From positions 2,174 through 66,173 of the forward strand of contig JASHNR010000012.1 in the NCBI GenBank assembly GCA_030041535.1: 64,000 nucleotides of DNA, in the 5' to 3' direction. Below, one piece after another: positions 1 through 7,411 of this stretch. The position numbers and the translations under genes are program-made. The notes beneath the pieces were generated by a model. The model ran no database searches. It saw only the letters and a program-made list of their open reading frames with translations, and was not told the origin of the DNA. The stretch comes from Nitrosopumilaceae archaeon (lineage in GTDB: Archaea > Thermoproteota > Nitrososphaeria > Nitrososphaerales > Nitrosopumilaceae). The first letter of the stretch is position 1. Every line of letters starts with the position of its first letter.

Positions 1-24
1 AAATAGGACTATATTGTACCGCTA

Positions 25-60
25 CCCCCTCGATTCGAACCTGTCATAATCTTTAGATTA
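25..60. repeat. Copy A of an imperfect ~35-40 nt motif with a T-loop-like core (CCYCG..TTCGAACCTGT...)
   Basis: cccctcgattcgaacctgtcataatctttagatta aligns by eye with copies at 1721-1763 and 4924-4963, at about 70 percent identity to copy B. The reverse complement contains GGTTCGAATC. Confidence 0.45.
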
Positions 61-107
61 TTATGAAATAACCAGAATGATTAATCGAAGAGTTGTGATT
101 ATAACTT

Positions 108-383
108 GTGACGATCAAAAAGGCCATCCAGTCAATAAAAGAAAATAACAAGCATCATTTGATGATGATTTATCTTTATGATAGAATTTTGGAAAGATAT
201 GAGGAATTAAACAGGACTGACCCTCTACACTTTGAACTCGCAAAAATGATGAGACAAGAATTCATAGATATGATAACTATGATTAAAAGATCAAGAGAAG
301 ACCAGGTACAATTTAACAAAAACATAATCGAGATGTTAACTAAAAAGAGATATTATCAAAACTTAAATTCTACAGTACTGTAA
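108..383 (+). CDS. hypothetical small protein (GTG start)
   Basis: 91-aa ORF with a charged helical composition and no recognisable motif. Confidence 0.3.
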   Translation: MTIKKAIQSIKENNKHHLMMIYLYDRILERYEELNRTDPLHFELAKMMRQEFIDMITMIKRSREDQVQFNKNIIEMLTKKRYYQNLNSTVL

Positions 384-484
384 TGGTACCGTGATTCAAG
401 ATACAAAGATCTTGGGTCTAAAAGACTGGCCAATGGAAAAATTTATTCCCGCGAACCCGCTACAAATAAGGTTCAAACAGCTCG

Positions 485-1463
485 CTATCCGAACCCATTT
501 TTCTCCAAAACTGCCTTTTCTGCAGACAAAGTCGCGATAAGTCTCCAGCCTCTTGACATCATATCCTCAACCTGATCAACTCTTGCTATTACCTGCATTT
601 GTTGTCTTGGCGCAGAATCGTATCGTGGAAGTTCAACGTTTGTTGGAATTTGCATTTCTTGTATCAATGGCGTGTTTGATTCTAGGTCCAGAAACTCTTG
701 GCTTCTCTTGAAAGCGCTTTTCATCTCATCCACTAGAGCATCTGGCAAAATTCTCTTGTTTGTGGTGTATCTTGCTTCTATGCTTCCCTTGTGACCCATG
801 AAAAATACCCTGAAATCATGAGCCATCAAGCTTCCCTGATGTCCCTTGTAATTCTGTTTGTTGGAAAGAACTTTTTTTTGCATTGTTTCCCCTGTATACT
901 GTGTAGTTTGGGTCAGGCGCTATCAGCGCTGAATCAGGTCCAAGCGCTTCTCCTCTTGCAAGTCTCTCGTTGAGGTATGCAACAAGTTCTTTGTTCCATT
1001 GGGTGTCAGGAATGTAAAGAACTGGTGCCTTGCCTTTGAGAGTGTGCTTCTAACCGTTATCCTTGGAGTATCTGATCTCGACGCTTTTTTCCTTGATTAT
1101 AATCTTGGAGATATCACGGATTACAAGCCAGTCTGTTCCGTTATGGTTTCCAAATACTTGGGGTCACAGTCCTGCCTTTGCGATAAGCTATATCGCAGTT
1201 GCGGTCCTAAGCGATGCCCTATCAAAGATCTCGGTTATCTGGGTTTTGTCTGGAACTTTCTCATTTTCAAGAGTTGGTGTGCTGTCTGGATTGGCTATCT
1301 TTATCCTTCGCTTGACCTCAATGTCAAAGTGCCTAAGCCATGACCTGAGCGCCGTTACTGTATTTTCTATAGCCCGGCGTGCATTCTTGCTTTTCCATCC
1401 ATGATACATGGTCCAAGATGAGATCCGTTGCGGTGCGTATGTTTCTTCCCGCAAGATCGACAA
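485..1463 (-). pseudogene. tyrosine recombinase / integrase, decayed (2 frameshifts plus 2 in-frame stops)
   Basis: Stitching the minus-strand frames gives ...WLRHFDIEVKRRIKI...RTATAI / LIAKAGL*PQVFGNHNGTDWLVIRDISKIIIKEKSVEIRYSKDNG*KHTLKGKAPVLYIPDTQWNKELVAYLNERLARGEALGPDSALIAPDPNYTVYRGNNAKK / VLSNKQ...AHDFRVFFMGHKGSIEARYTTN. The R, K, HxxR, GH and Y catalytic positions are recognisable. One frameshift sits in an A8/T8 run at 872-879. Confidence 0.65.
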
Positions 1464-1532
1464 ATTCCATTGGCGTGATGTTGTTCTTTTCGCAGAAGTA
1501 CGATAGCCTTCTTAGCCTCTGTATTTGAGGGA

Positions 1533-1727
1533 TTAACGTTCTACAGAAACAATGCGGGCAGTGTCAAGTATTCCATCTGTATTAATTTCATAAGGTACAA
1601 ATGTCTCTCTAGTAGTACCAGTTCCGCAACCAAGACCACAATTTGTATTGCTAATCTCTTCTGTTACTTCATAGCCGTCTGCACTAATTCCAGTGGGATA
1701 TGTTGTGCTTTCCGCATATGCCTCGGG
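1533..1727 (-). pseudogene. orphan C-terminal ORF fragment with no start codon, cut off at motif copy B
   Basis: The minus-strand frame reads AYAESTTYPTGISADGYEVTEEISNTNCGLGCGTGTTRETFVPYEINTDGILDTARIVSVER*. There is no in-frame ATG, GTG or TTG, and the open frame begins at the repeat at 1721. Confidence 0.3.
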
Positions 1728-1763
1728 TTCAGACCTGTGAGAATCTGAATCTTACAGGATTTT
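1721..1763. repeat. Copy B of the T-loop-like motif
   Basis: cctcgggttcagacctgtgagaatctgaatcttacaggattt. It contains a 7-bp hairpin (cctgtga/ttacagg). Its 3' half recurs at 45070-45093. Confidence 0.5.
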
Positions 1764-1859
1764 AATCGTTATCAGACTTGAGAATGAGAAGATCTTTTAA
1801 AAATTAAATTGCGTATTGTAAACGAAGGCAGAATGCCAAGAACAAAATGGTAAGAGAAA

Positions 1860-2237
1860 ATGTCATTGCATGAATCCTTTGATGTGTTATGTTGGTCTAT
1901 ATACAGTATTGACAAAAATATCAAATCTGTGGCAGTTATCAATAACAAAGGAAAAATAGTTGAAAAAATCCTAAAGCCAGAATTTGCAGAACAATTTCCA
2001 GATTATTTTAACGAGATATTTTGCATGCACCATGTATTGCAGATATCAATGGGAAGAGATTTTGACGATCATCATGGACCCGTTAATTATCACATATCTG
2101 AAAGGGCAAACCTTACAACACTTACTTTTCCCCTAAACGAAGATGTGCTGCTTGTGACAACGAGCAAAAATGTTTCACCTATAACATTGGCAAGAAAGAT
2201 TATTCCTCTAATAGAGAAACACAGGCAACCGGTATAA
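1860..2237 (+). CDS. small Roadblock/LC7-like protein (fold inferred); truncated paralog at 58847..59080
   Basis: 125-aa ORF. The N-terminal 65 aa align with the 77-aa ORF at 58847..59080 (NKNIxSVAVINNxGxxxEKI...MGR). It lies 80 nt upstream of the ATPase on the same strand. Confidence 0.5.
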   Translation: MSLHESFDVLCWSIYSIDKNIKSVAVINNKGKIVEKILKPEFAEQFPDYFNEIFCMHHVLQISMGRDFDDHHGPVNYHISERANLTTLTFPLNEDVLLVTTSKNVSPITLARKIIPLIEKHRQPV

Positions 2238-2317
2238 AGGCCAGCAATGATTTACTCCGCCTTGACCAGTACAGGTAAGATAAGTCTTGTATTGTTCCTT
2301 TACAAAAATAATGAGGT

Positions 2318-4765
2318 ATGATGACAAGTCAGGCTGGATCAATTACAGTAGATGAGATAAAAAAAGCTAAAATCGAAGATCTCTTTTCGTCTTTTTCTAC
2401 AAATGCGGAGGGTATAAGCACCCAAGAGGCACAAAAAAGATTGCAAGAATACGGATACAATGAGATAGAAGAAAAAAGAGTGAATCCGCTTCGAAAATTT
2501 CTCGGATACTTTTGGGGACCCATTCCATTTGTGATAGAAGTGGCTGCTGTACTTTCTGCTCTCATTTCTCACTGGGAGGATTTCTGGGTAATAATCGCAC
2601 TTTTATCTATAAATGGAGTTGTCGCGTTCTTCCAAGAGCATAAAGCAGACAATGCCATCAACCTCTTAAAGAAAAAACTAGCTTTACAAGTTAGAACTAT
2701 TAGGGACGGAAAATGGATGGAGATTTCCGCAAAGGAGCTGGTTCCCGGAGATGTGATAAGAGTCAGACTTGGTGACATTATTCCTGCAGATGTTAAACTC
2801 TTTGATGGAGAATATCTTCTTGTTGACGAGTCAGCACTTACGGGGGAATCTCTTCCTGTAGAAAAACACTTCTCGGATGTAGCATACTCTGGTTCAGTTG
2901 TGCAAAAAGGTGAGATGACCGCCTTAACAGTATTGACTGGCATGAAGACCTATTTTGGCAAGACTGCAAAACTTGTCGAGGAAGCAAAGACAAAAAGCCA
3001 TTTTCAAAAGGCGTTGATAAAAATTGGAAATTATCTCATTGCATTGGCAGTTGCCCTAATTGTGGTTGTTTTTCTTGTGGCAATGTTTAGGCAGGAGAGT
3101 CTTATTGAAACGCTCCAATTTGCCTTGGTTTTGATGATTGCTGCAATTCCTGCGGCCCTACCTGCGGTGCTTTCTGTTACAATGGCAGTTGGTGCTACCG
3201 TGCTTGCAAAAAAGCAGGCACTTGTCAGTAAGCTAGTAGCAATTGAGGAGATGGCAGGGGTAGATACCTTATGTGCTGATAAAACTGGAACTTTAACCAA
3301 AAATGATCTCAGTGTAGCTGAACTAGTCACATTTGACAAATTCGCAGAGTCTGATGTGTTATTGTTTGCAACTCTGGCATCAAGAGGAGAAGACAGGGAC
3401 CATATCGATAATGCGATAATTGCAAAATCCAGAAATTCGGATGTATTCAACCAAACAAAATCTTACAGGAAGATCTCTTTCAAGCCGTTTGATCCTGTGA
3501 TTAAAAGAGTTGAGGCAGTAATAGAGGATGCATCTGGAAACAAGTTCATGGTCTCAAAAGGGGCACCTCAGGTGATTCTTGCTTTGGTATTGAAGAAAGA
3601 CAACATATCAGAAAGGGTGGAAGAAAGCGTACGTAATCTTGCGTCCAAAGGATTCCGTTCTCTCTGTGTGGCAAAGACCAATTTGGAGGGCAACTGGGAA
3701 TTTGTAGGCATTGTTTCTCTCTACGACCCTCCACGAGAAGATTCCAAAGACACCATCAATATTGCCATGAAGATGGGAATCAGCATCAAAATGGTAACTG
3801 GAGATCACATAGAAATTGCAAAAGAGATTGCCAGAGAACTTGACCTTGGTACTAACATACTTACTGCATCGCAGATAATAGACAAGAGTGATGAAGAAAT
3901 TCAAAATACGGTAGAACGTTCGGATGGATTTGCTCAAGTCTTTCCGGAGCACAAGTACAAGATAGTAGAACTACTTCAATCAAAGGGTCATATTGTAGGA
4001 ATGACAGGGGATGGGGTCAACGACGCGCCTGCATTAAAAAAGGCAGACGTTGGAATTGCAGTTTTTGGTGCTACAGATGTAGCAAAATCAGCAGCACATA
4101 TTGTTCTCACACAGCCGGGTCTTTCCGTTATCGTTGATGCAATCAAGGAAAGTCGCAAAATATTTCAACGAATGAACAACTATGCAATATATCGCATAAG
4201 CGAGACAATCAGGATTCTCTTCTTCCTAGTTTCTTCAATACTGATCTTCAGTTTCTATCCCATAACGCCACTCATGATTGTCTTGCTGGCTATCCTAAAC
4301 GATATTCCAATCATGACTATTGCCTATGACAATGTACGCATATCAAACAATCCTGAACGATGGGAAATGCGGAAAGTCTTGGGAATAGCTACAGGACTTG
4401 GATTGATAGGTGTCGTTTCATCATTTACTTTGCTTTACCTAGGCATAAATATTCTCGACTTGAAAACAGGACCTTTACAGTCATTAATTTATCTAAAATT
4501 ATCGGTAGCTGGTCATCTATTGTTCTTTATAGCTCGAACACGGGGTCATTTCTGGACTGTCAAACCAGCTTTGCGTCTATTTTTAGCAATTATAGCAACA
4601 CAAACGATTGCAACTATAATTACTGCCCAAGGGATTCTGGTACCAGCAATAGGATGGTACAATGCTCTTTTCGTGTGGGCTTATGCGTTGGTGTGGTTTG
4701 TAATAACTGATTTTGCAAAGGATCCAATATACAAGCTATTAGAGAATGCAAAGCTGCATAGGTGA
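2318..4765 (+). CDS. P-type ATPase, type IIIA-like (plasma-membrane H+-ATPase family)
   Basis: 815 aa. Motifs: LTGESLPVEK (TGES), CADKTGTLTKN (phosphorylation site), KGAPQ, MVTGDH, GMTGDGVNDAPALKKADVGIAV. The N-terminus (GISTQEAQKRLQEYGYNEIEEKRVNPLRKFLGYFWGPIPFVIE) is typical of the PMA/AHA family. Confidence 0.9.
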   Translation: MMTSQAGSITVDEIKKAKIEDLFSSFSTNAEGISTQEAQKRLQEYGYNEIEEKRVNPLRKFLGYFWGPIPFVIEVAAVLSALISHWEDFWVIIALLSINGVVAFFQEHKADNAINLLKKKLALQVRTIRDGKWMEISAKELVPGDVIRVRLGDIIPADVKLFDGEYLLVDESALTGESLPVEKHFSDVAYSGSVVQKGEMTALTVLTGMKTYFGKTAKLVEEAKTKSHFQKALIKIGNYLIALAVALIVVVFLVAMFRQESLIETLQFALVLMIAAIPAALPAVLSVTMAVGATVLAKKQALVSKLVAIEEMAGVDTLCADKTGTLTKNDLSVAELVTFDKFAESDVLLFATLASRGEDRDHIDNAIIAKSRNSDVFNQTKSYRKISFKPFDPVIKRVEAVIEDASGNKFMVSKGAPQVILALVLKKDNISERVEESVRNLASKGFRSLCVAKTNLEGNWEFVGIVSLYDPPREDSKDTINIAMKMGISIKMVTGDHIEIAKEIARELDLGTNILTASQIIDKSDEEIQNTVERSDGFAQVFPEHKYKIVELLQSKGHIVGMTGDGVNDAPALKKADVGIAVFGATDVAKSAAHIVLTQPGLSVIVDAIKESRKIFQRMNNYAIYRISETIRILFFLVSSILIFSFYPITPLMIVLLAILNDIPIMTIAYDNVRISNNPERWEMRKVLGIATGLGLIGVVSSFTLLYLGINILDLKTGPLQSLIYLKLSVAGHLLFFIARTRGHFWTVKPALRLFLAIIATQTIATIITAQGILVPAIGWYNALFVWAYALVWFVITDFAKDPIYKLLENAKLHR

Positions 4766-4807
4766 TCACATTCTGTAGATTATCTCAATTGTAATTTTAA
4801 AATCTTA

Positions 4808-4923
4808 AATAAAAAATTTGGAAAGGAGTTTTGTAGCTACTCCAATTAGATTACTGCACATTTCAAATCAAAATTTTTTTCACAAAAATTCTGAGTTTTC
4901 GTATTGCCTGTCATCTTGAATAT
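4808..4923. repeat. R-module copy R1 (conserved non-coding module, also at 44938-45050 and 45503-45614)
   Basis: aaataaaaaatttggaaaggagttttgtagctactccaattagattactgcacattt... The first ~55 nt are roughly 85 percent identical to R3 by eye. It is followed directly by motif copy C. Confidence 0.6.
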
Positions 4924-4963
4924 CCCCGGGTTCGGACCTGTGAGGATTCTAATCTCATCCACC
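4924..4963. repeat. Copy C of the T-loop-like motif
   Basis: ccccgggttcggacctgtgaggattctaatctcatccacc. It ends in TCCACC, as the tRNA-Ala(CGC) 3' end does. Confidence 0.5.
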
Positions 4964-4996
4964 TAATTTTATATACTAAATAACCATAATCACGTC

Positions 4997-5207
4997 ATGG
5001 CACAAAGACAAGACTACAATATATTGATAAAAAAAGATGGCAAGTTTTATGTCGGATATTGCCTTGAAATTCCTCAAGCACGAGGACAAGGAAAATACCA
5101 AGGCAGAAGATATACAGGATACTAAGCAAGCGATAAAACTTTGCAAATCATATCTTGAAAGCAAAAAGAAAAGCTCTGCATCTAAACTGGTAACTGTTTC
5201 AGTTTGA
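4997..5207 (+). pseudogene. HicB-family (UPF0150) antitoxin-like gene with a frameshift near 5090
   Basis: Frame 1 reads MAQRQDYNILIKKDGKFYVGYCLEIPQARGQGK and then stops at 5126. The +1 frame continues ENTKAEDIQDTKQAIKLCKSYLESKKKSSASKLVTVSV*. Joined, they match the HicB N-domain pattern (Y..i...dg.y.....eiPga.gQGet.eEa....k.AI.l.le). Confidence 0.55.
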
Positions 5208-5303
5208 GTCTTCCTGTCATAGGCTGGAAAGCGCCTGGAGATAGATGGTCACAATATAGCCATGAAAATAGATTAAAAAAGAACACGTAACATTAACAGA
5301 ATA

Positions 5304-5483
5304 ATGAGTAATGATGTGGAAGCAAGTCAGTACGATATTGGAACCACTCATGTGAGATTAGTTCGTGTAGGTAACATGGTACAGTTATTGTTCAGCAGCT
5401 CACTTGAAGCAGGATTTCTTTACAAGGAATTGGCAGCAAAATATAAACGGGCGGAGGACCAATTAAAAGGTGCAGAGCGATGA
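5304..5483 (+). CDS. small hypothetical protein (59 aa)
   Basis: MSNDVEASQYDIGTTHVRLVRVGNMVQLLFSSSLEAGFLYKELAAKYKRAEDQLKGAER. It shares an ATGA stop/start overlap with the next small ORF. It is below the 60-aa cutoff of the ORF track. Confidence 0.3.
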   Translation: MSNDVEASQYDIGTTHVRLVRVGNMVQLLFSSSLEAGFLYKELAAKYKRAEDQLKGAER

Positions 5484-5605
5484 CCGATATCACTGAACAA
5501 AAAAAAGCTGAATTGAGACTTATTGCAGAACTTACATTAGATGCTACGCTTGCAGCGGAGGAGAAGATTTCAAAACTTGCTGCGAGAACCAAGACTACCT
5601 CCTAA
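5480..5605 (+). CDS. small hypothetical protein (41 aa), translationally coupled to 5304..5483
   Basis: MTDITEQKKAELRLIAELTLDATLAAEEKISKLAARTKTTS. Its helical composition is more protein-like than the antisense 66-aa ORF at 5392..5592. Confidence 0.3.
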   Translation: MTDITEQKKAELRLIAELTLDATLAAEEKISKLAARTKTTS

Positions 5606-5884
5606 CAATTTTTAAAGGCTGAACAATCCGCAGGAAAAATGGATTATAGTAAATCATTGTATATTTGTAAATTAAAAATAAAAAATTGGGTAAGAGATTG
5701 GGTTTCATCCAAATCACCTTATTATTTTACGGTGCGGAAAGCGATCTGTTTCAGCCATCTGTTAGGCGAGACACCCGCGAGCCCGCTATATTATAATTTG
5801 ACTAAGAATTCACATTATCTCAAAATTGTAAATTTCGCCTATAGTTCTCACTGCAAACTTCCCCTAAAAAGAAAGGAATTCTAA

Positions 5885-6097
5885 CTAGTGCAGATGTAAC
5901 TCTGGAAATTCTGCTTGTTTTATTCCCAAGTCATTCTGAAGGGTTCGTATTTTTTTGGCATATTCTGACATTTTGGCGTGATCACTTTGCACTTTGGCAA
6001 TTTTGTATCCTCGCCATGCCTTCTTCAAAGCTCCCCACGTCTGACCTGCAGTGTAGTTAGGTTTGTTGTCTGATTGTGGCTGTACGAATTGGTACAT
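5885..6097 (-). CDS. hypothetical small protein
   Basis: 70-aa ORF with balanced composition (…YAKKIRTLQNDLGIKQAEFPELHLH). No motif recognised. Confidence 0.4.
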   Translation of the reverse strand: MYQFVQPQSDNKPNYTAGQTWGALKKAWRGYKIAKVQSDHAKMSEYAKKIRTLQNDLGIKQAEFPELHLH

Positions 6098-6454
6098 ACT
6101 TGTTATCTCGTCGCAGAAATTTTTTATCTATAGCCATGTGAAGTAAAATCAATGAAAAAGTCAAGAATGCTCCATTAAAATCACGTCTTTATGTACCATA
6201 GTTTGCAAAAAATTTCAGTTAAACTTGGCTTTATCAATTTTTTGGGTTCTGTTATTTCTACGGACGGGTATGAAATGCAAATCTTGTTCAATTAGGATTC
6301 TTGTCACTTTAGTAATTACAGTATAACCACCTGTTAATATTCTCCACAATGATCTGTTGATAATCATAATTAGATCACGCATTTTCATTCGAACAAAATA
6401 TTCATGTATAATCATACTATAAAATTTAAATAATACTAATAGTATAATGTTCCT

Positions 6455-6652
6455 GTGAAGATTAAGTTGGATCCAACTGTGAAAAGAGAAACAACATCAA
6501 TCAAGATAGATCCCACAGTATGGAAGGAAGCAAAGAAAGATGCCATAGACAGAGATGTTGATTTGTCACAATTAGTAGAGATTGCATTAAAGACATGGTT
6601 AGAAGATGAGGATCCAAAAAGAGTAAAAAATGAATTAAAGGAGAAGGAATAG
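6455..6652 (+). CDS. ribbon-helix-helix (CopG/Arc-like) DNA-binding protein
   Basis: TSIKIDPTVWKEAKKDAIDRDVDLSQLVEIALKTWL fits a beta-strand/helix/helix RHH layout. GTG start. It is the first gene of a tightly packed three-gene unit. Confidence 0.55.
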   Translation: MKIKLDPTVKRETTSIKIDPTVWKEAKKDAIDRDVDLSQLVEIALKTWLEDEDPKRVKNELKEKE

Positions 6653-7024
6653 ATGCTTTATCCCATAGAATATAGACAGAATCTAAAAATCATAGGAGAT
6701 AAGGTACGCAAGTACTCTGATATGCTACATCAGTATGGTGATGAAGAAAACGACATCGATAAGAAAATACAATGGTATGCATTAGGCATGCTTTGTGAAT
6801 CAGTAGGCTATAACTATCAGCTTACCGTTAGTCATTTACAAGATCTTAACACCTTATCTAATGCCATAGAAAAATTACCAAAGAGTGCAGAATTTGATGA
6901 TCTCAAAGAAGCATTACGTAAAACAAGTGAAAGAGTAAAGCAAACGCTAGAGCCTATCAAAGAGGCTTATGACAGGGCAAAGGACTTTGAAAAAAGGATG
7001 ATAGAAAATGGTATCTATACATAA
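6653..7024 (+). CDS. hypothetical helical protein
   Basis: 123-aa ORF. Its ATG directly follows the stop of the RHH gene (tagATG). No known motif. Confidence 0.45.
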   Translation: MLYPIEYRQNLKIIGDKVRKYSDMLHQYGDEENDIDKKIQWYALGMLCESVGYNYQLTVSHLQDLNTLSNAIEKLPKSAEFDDLKEALRKTSERVKQTLEPIKEAYDRAKDFEKRMIENGIYT

Positions 7025-7349
7025 TCAGATCATAAGCGAAGAGACTTTGTCAAATCTAAAAGATTTACGCAAGGACTGCAAAGGTATGAAAGAAGCATTC
7101 CTAATGGAATCAACCCAACAATCAGATCCGTTAATTAAAACACTCTACAAATCCATTGCAGCCTCGTTTGTGAATGCGGAATTGATATCTTCATGGGTAG
7201 AATTATCGTTTGTCGCAATTAATAAACTGGGTAAGACAATCGACAAATTACCTAATAACCAGAGACGCTATACCCCAAGAAAAGAACAAGGGAATCAAAA
7301 AAAGAGAACCAGTACAGGACTAAAAATCATTCAAAAGAACAAAAAATAA
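7008..7349 (+). CDS. hypothetical protein with a basic C-terminal tail
   Basis: 113-aa ORF that overlaps the previous gene by 17 nt. It shares an (I/A)xKLPxx segment with the previous gene. Confidence 0.4.
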   Translation: MVSIHNQIISEETLSNLKDLRKDCKGMKEAFLMESTQQSDPLIKTLYKSIAASFVNAELISSWVELSFVAINKLGKTIDKLPNNQRRYTPRKEQGNQKKRTSTGLKIIQKNKK

Positions 7350-7411
7350 CAAGCATTGATCTTACAGTACATAACAAACTAGAGCATCTGCAAACTAAAT
7401 TTAGAGTCTAA

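Larger units (their letters stand above)
25..4963. mobile_element. Composite remnant of one or more integrated elements (decayed integrase plus ATPase cargo cassette), delimited by motif copies A/B/C
   Basis: The integrase pseudogene lies between copies A and B. The Roadblock-like gene, the P-type ATPase and R-module R1 lie between copies B and C. The boundaries are uncertain; the alternative 447/5774 repeat pair is described in the findings. Confidence 0.4.

Noticed and set aside
25-60. Motif copies A/B/C as functional tRNA genes or tRNA halves.
   Set aside because: A GGTTCGAATC-like core is present, but neither strand has a complementary T-stem, acceptor stem or anticodon arm of correct spacing.
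999-1404. Plus-strand ORFs 999..1343 and 1063..1404.
   Set aside because: They are antisense shadows of the integrase pseudogene. Their composition is hydrophobic and low-complexity, and no motif is present.
2329-3952. Multiple minus-strand ORFs inside the P-type ATPase. The same applies to ORFs antisense to argH, sdhA, mcm, hel308, infB, glmM and both ACD genes.
   Set aside because: They are shadow ORFs inside long, motif-supported genes and have biased low-complexity translations.
4808-4923. Short peptide (17-18 aa, MxSxL..VA..) encoded on the minus strand of the R-modules.
   Set aside because: A 1-nt indel between R1 and R3 shifts the frame, and R2 has ATA instead of ATG. Conservation is therefore not at the protein level.
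5208-5300. Possible HicA toxin remnant after the HicB-like gene (…LPVIGWKAPGDRWSQYSHENRLKKE…).
   Set aside because: The resemblance covers only a few residues (G-W, SH). The region has no start codon and cannot be supported without a profile search.
5392-5592. 66-aa minus-strand ORF.
   Set aside because: It is Ser/Ala/Ile-rich, which is typical of an antisense frame. The plus strand carries two coupled, more protein-like mini-ORFs.
5639-5884. 81-aa plus-strand ORF.
   Set aside because: Its composition is odd (Cys/Tyr/Lys-rich) and it spans the GC-rich 15-mer and TATA-like sequence. It is more likely non-coding.
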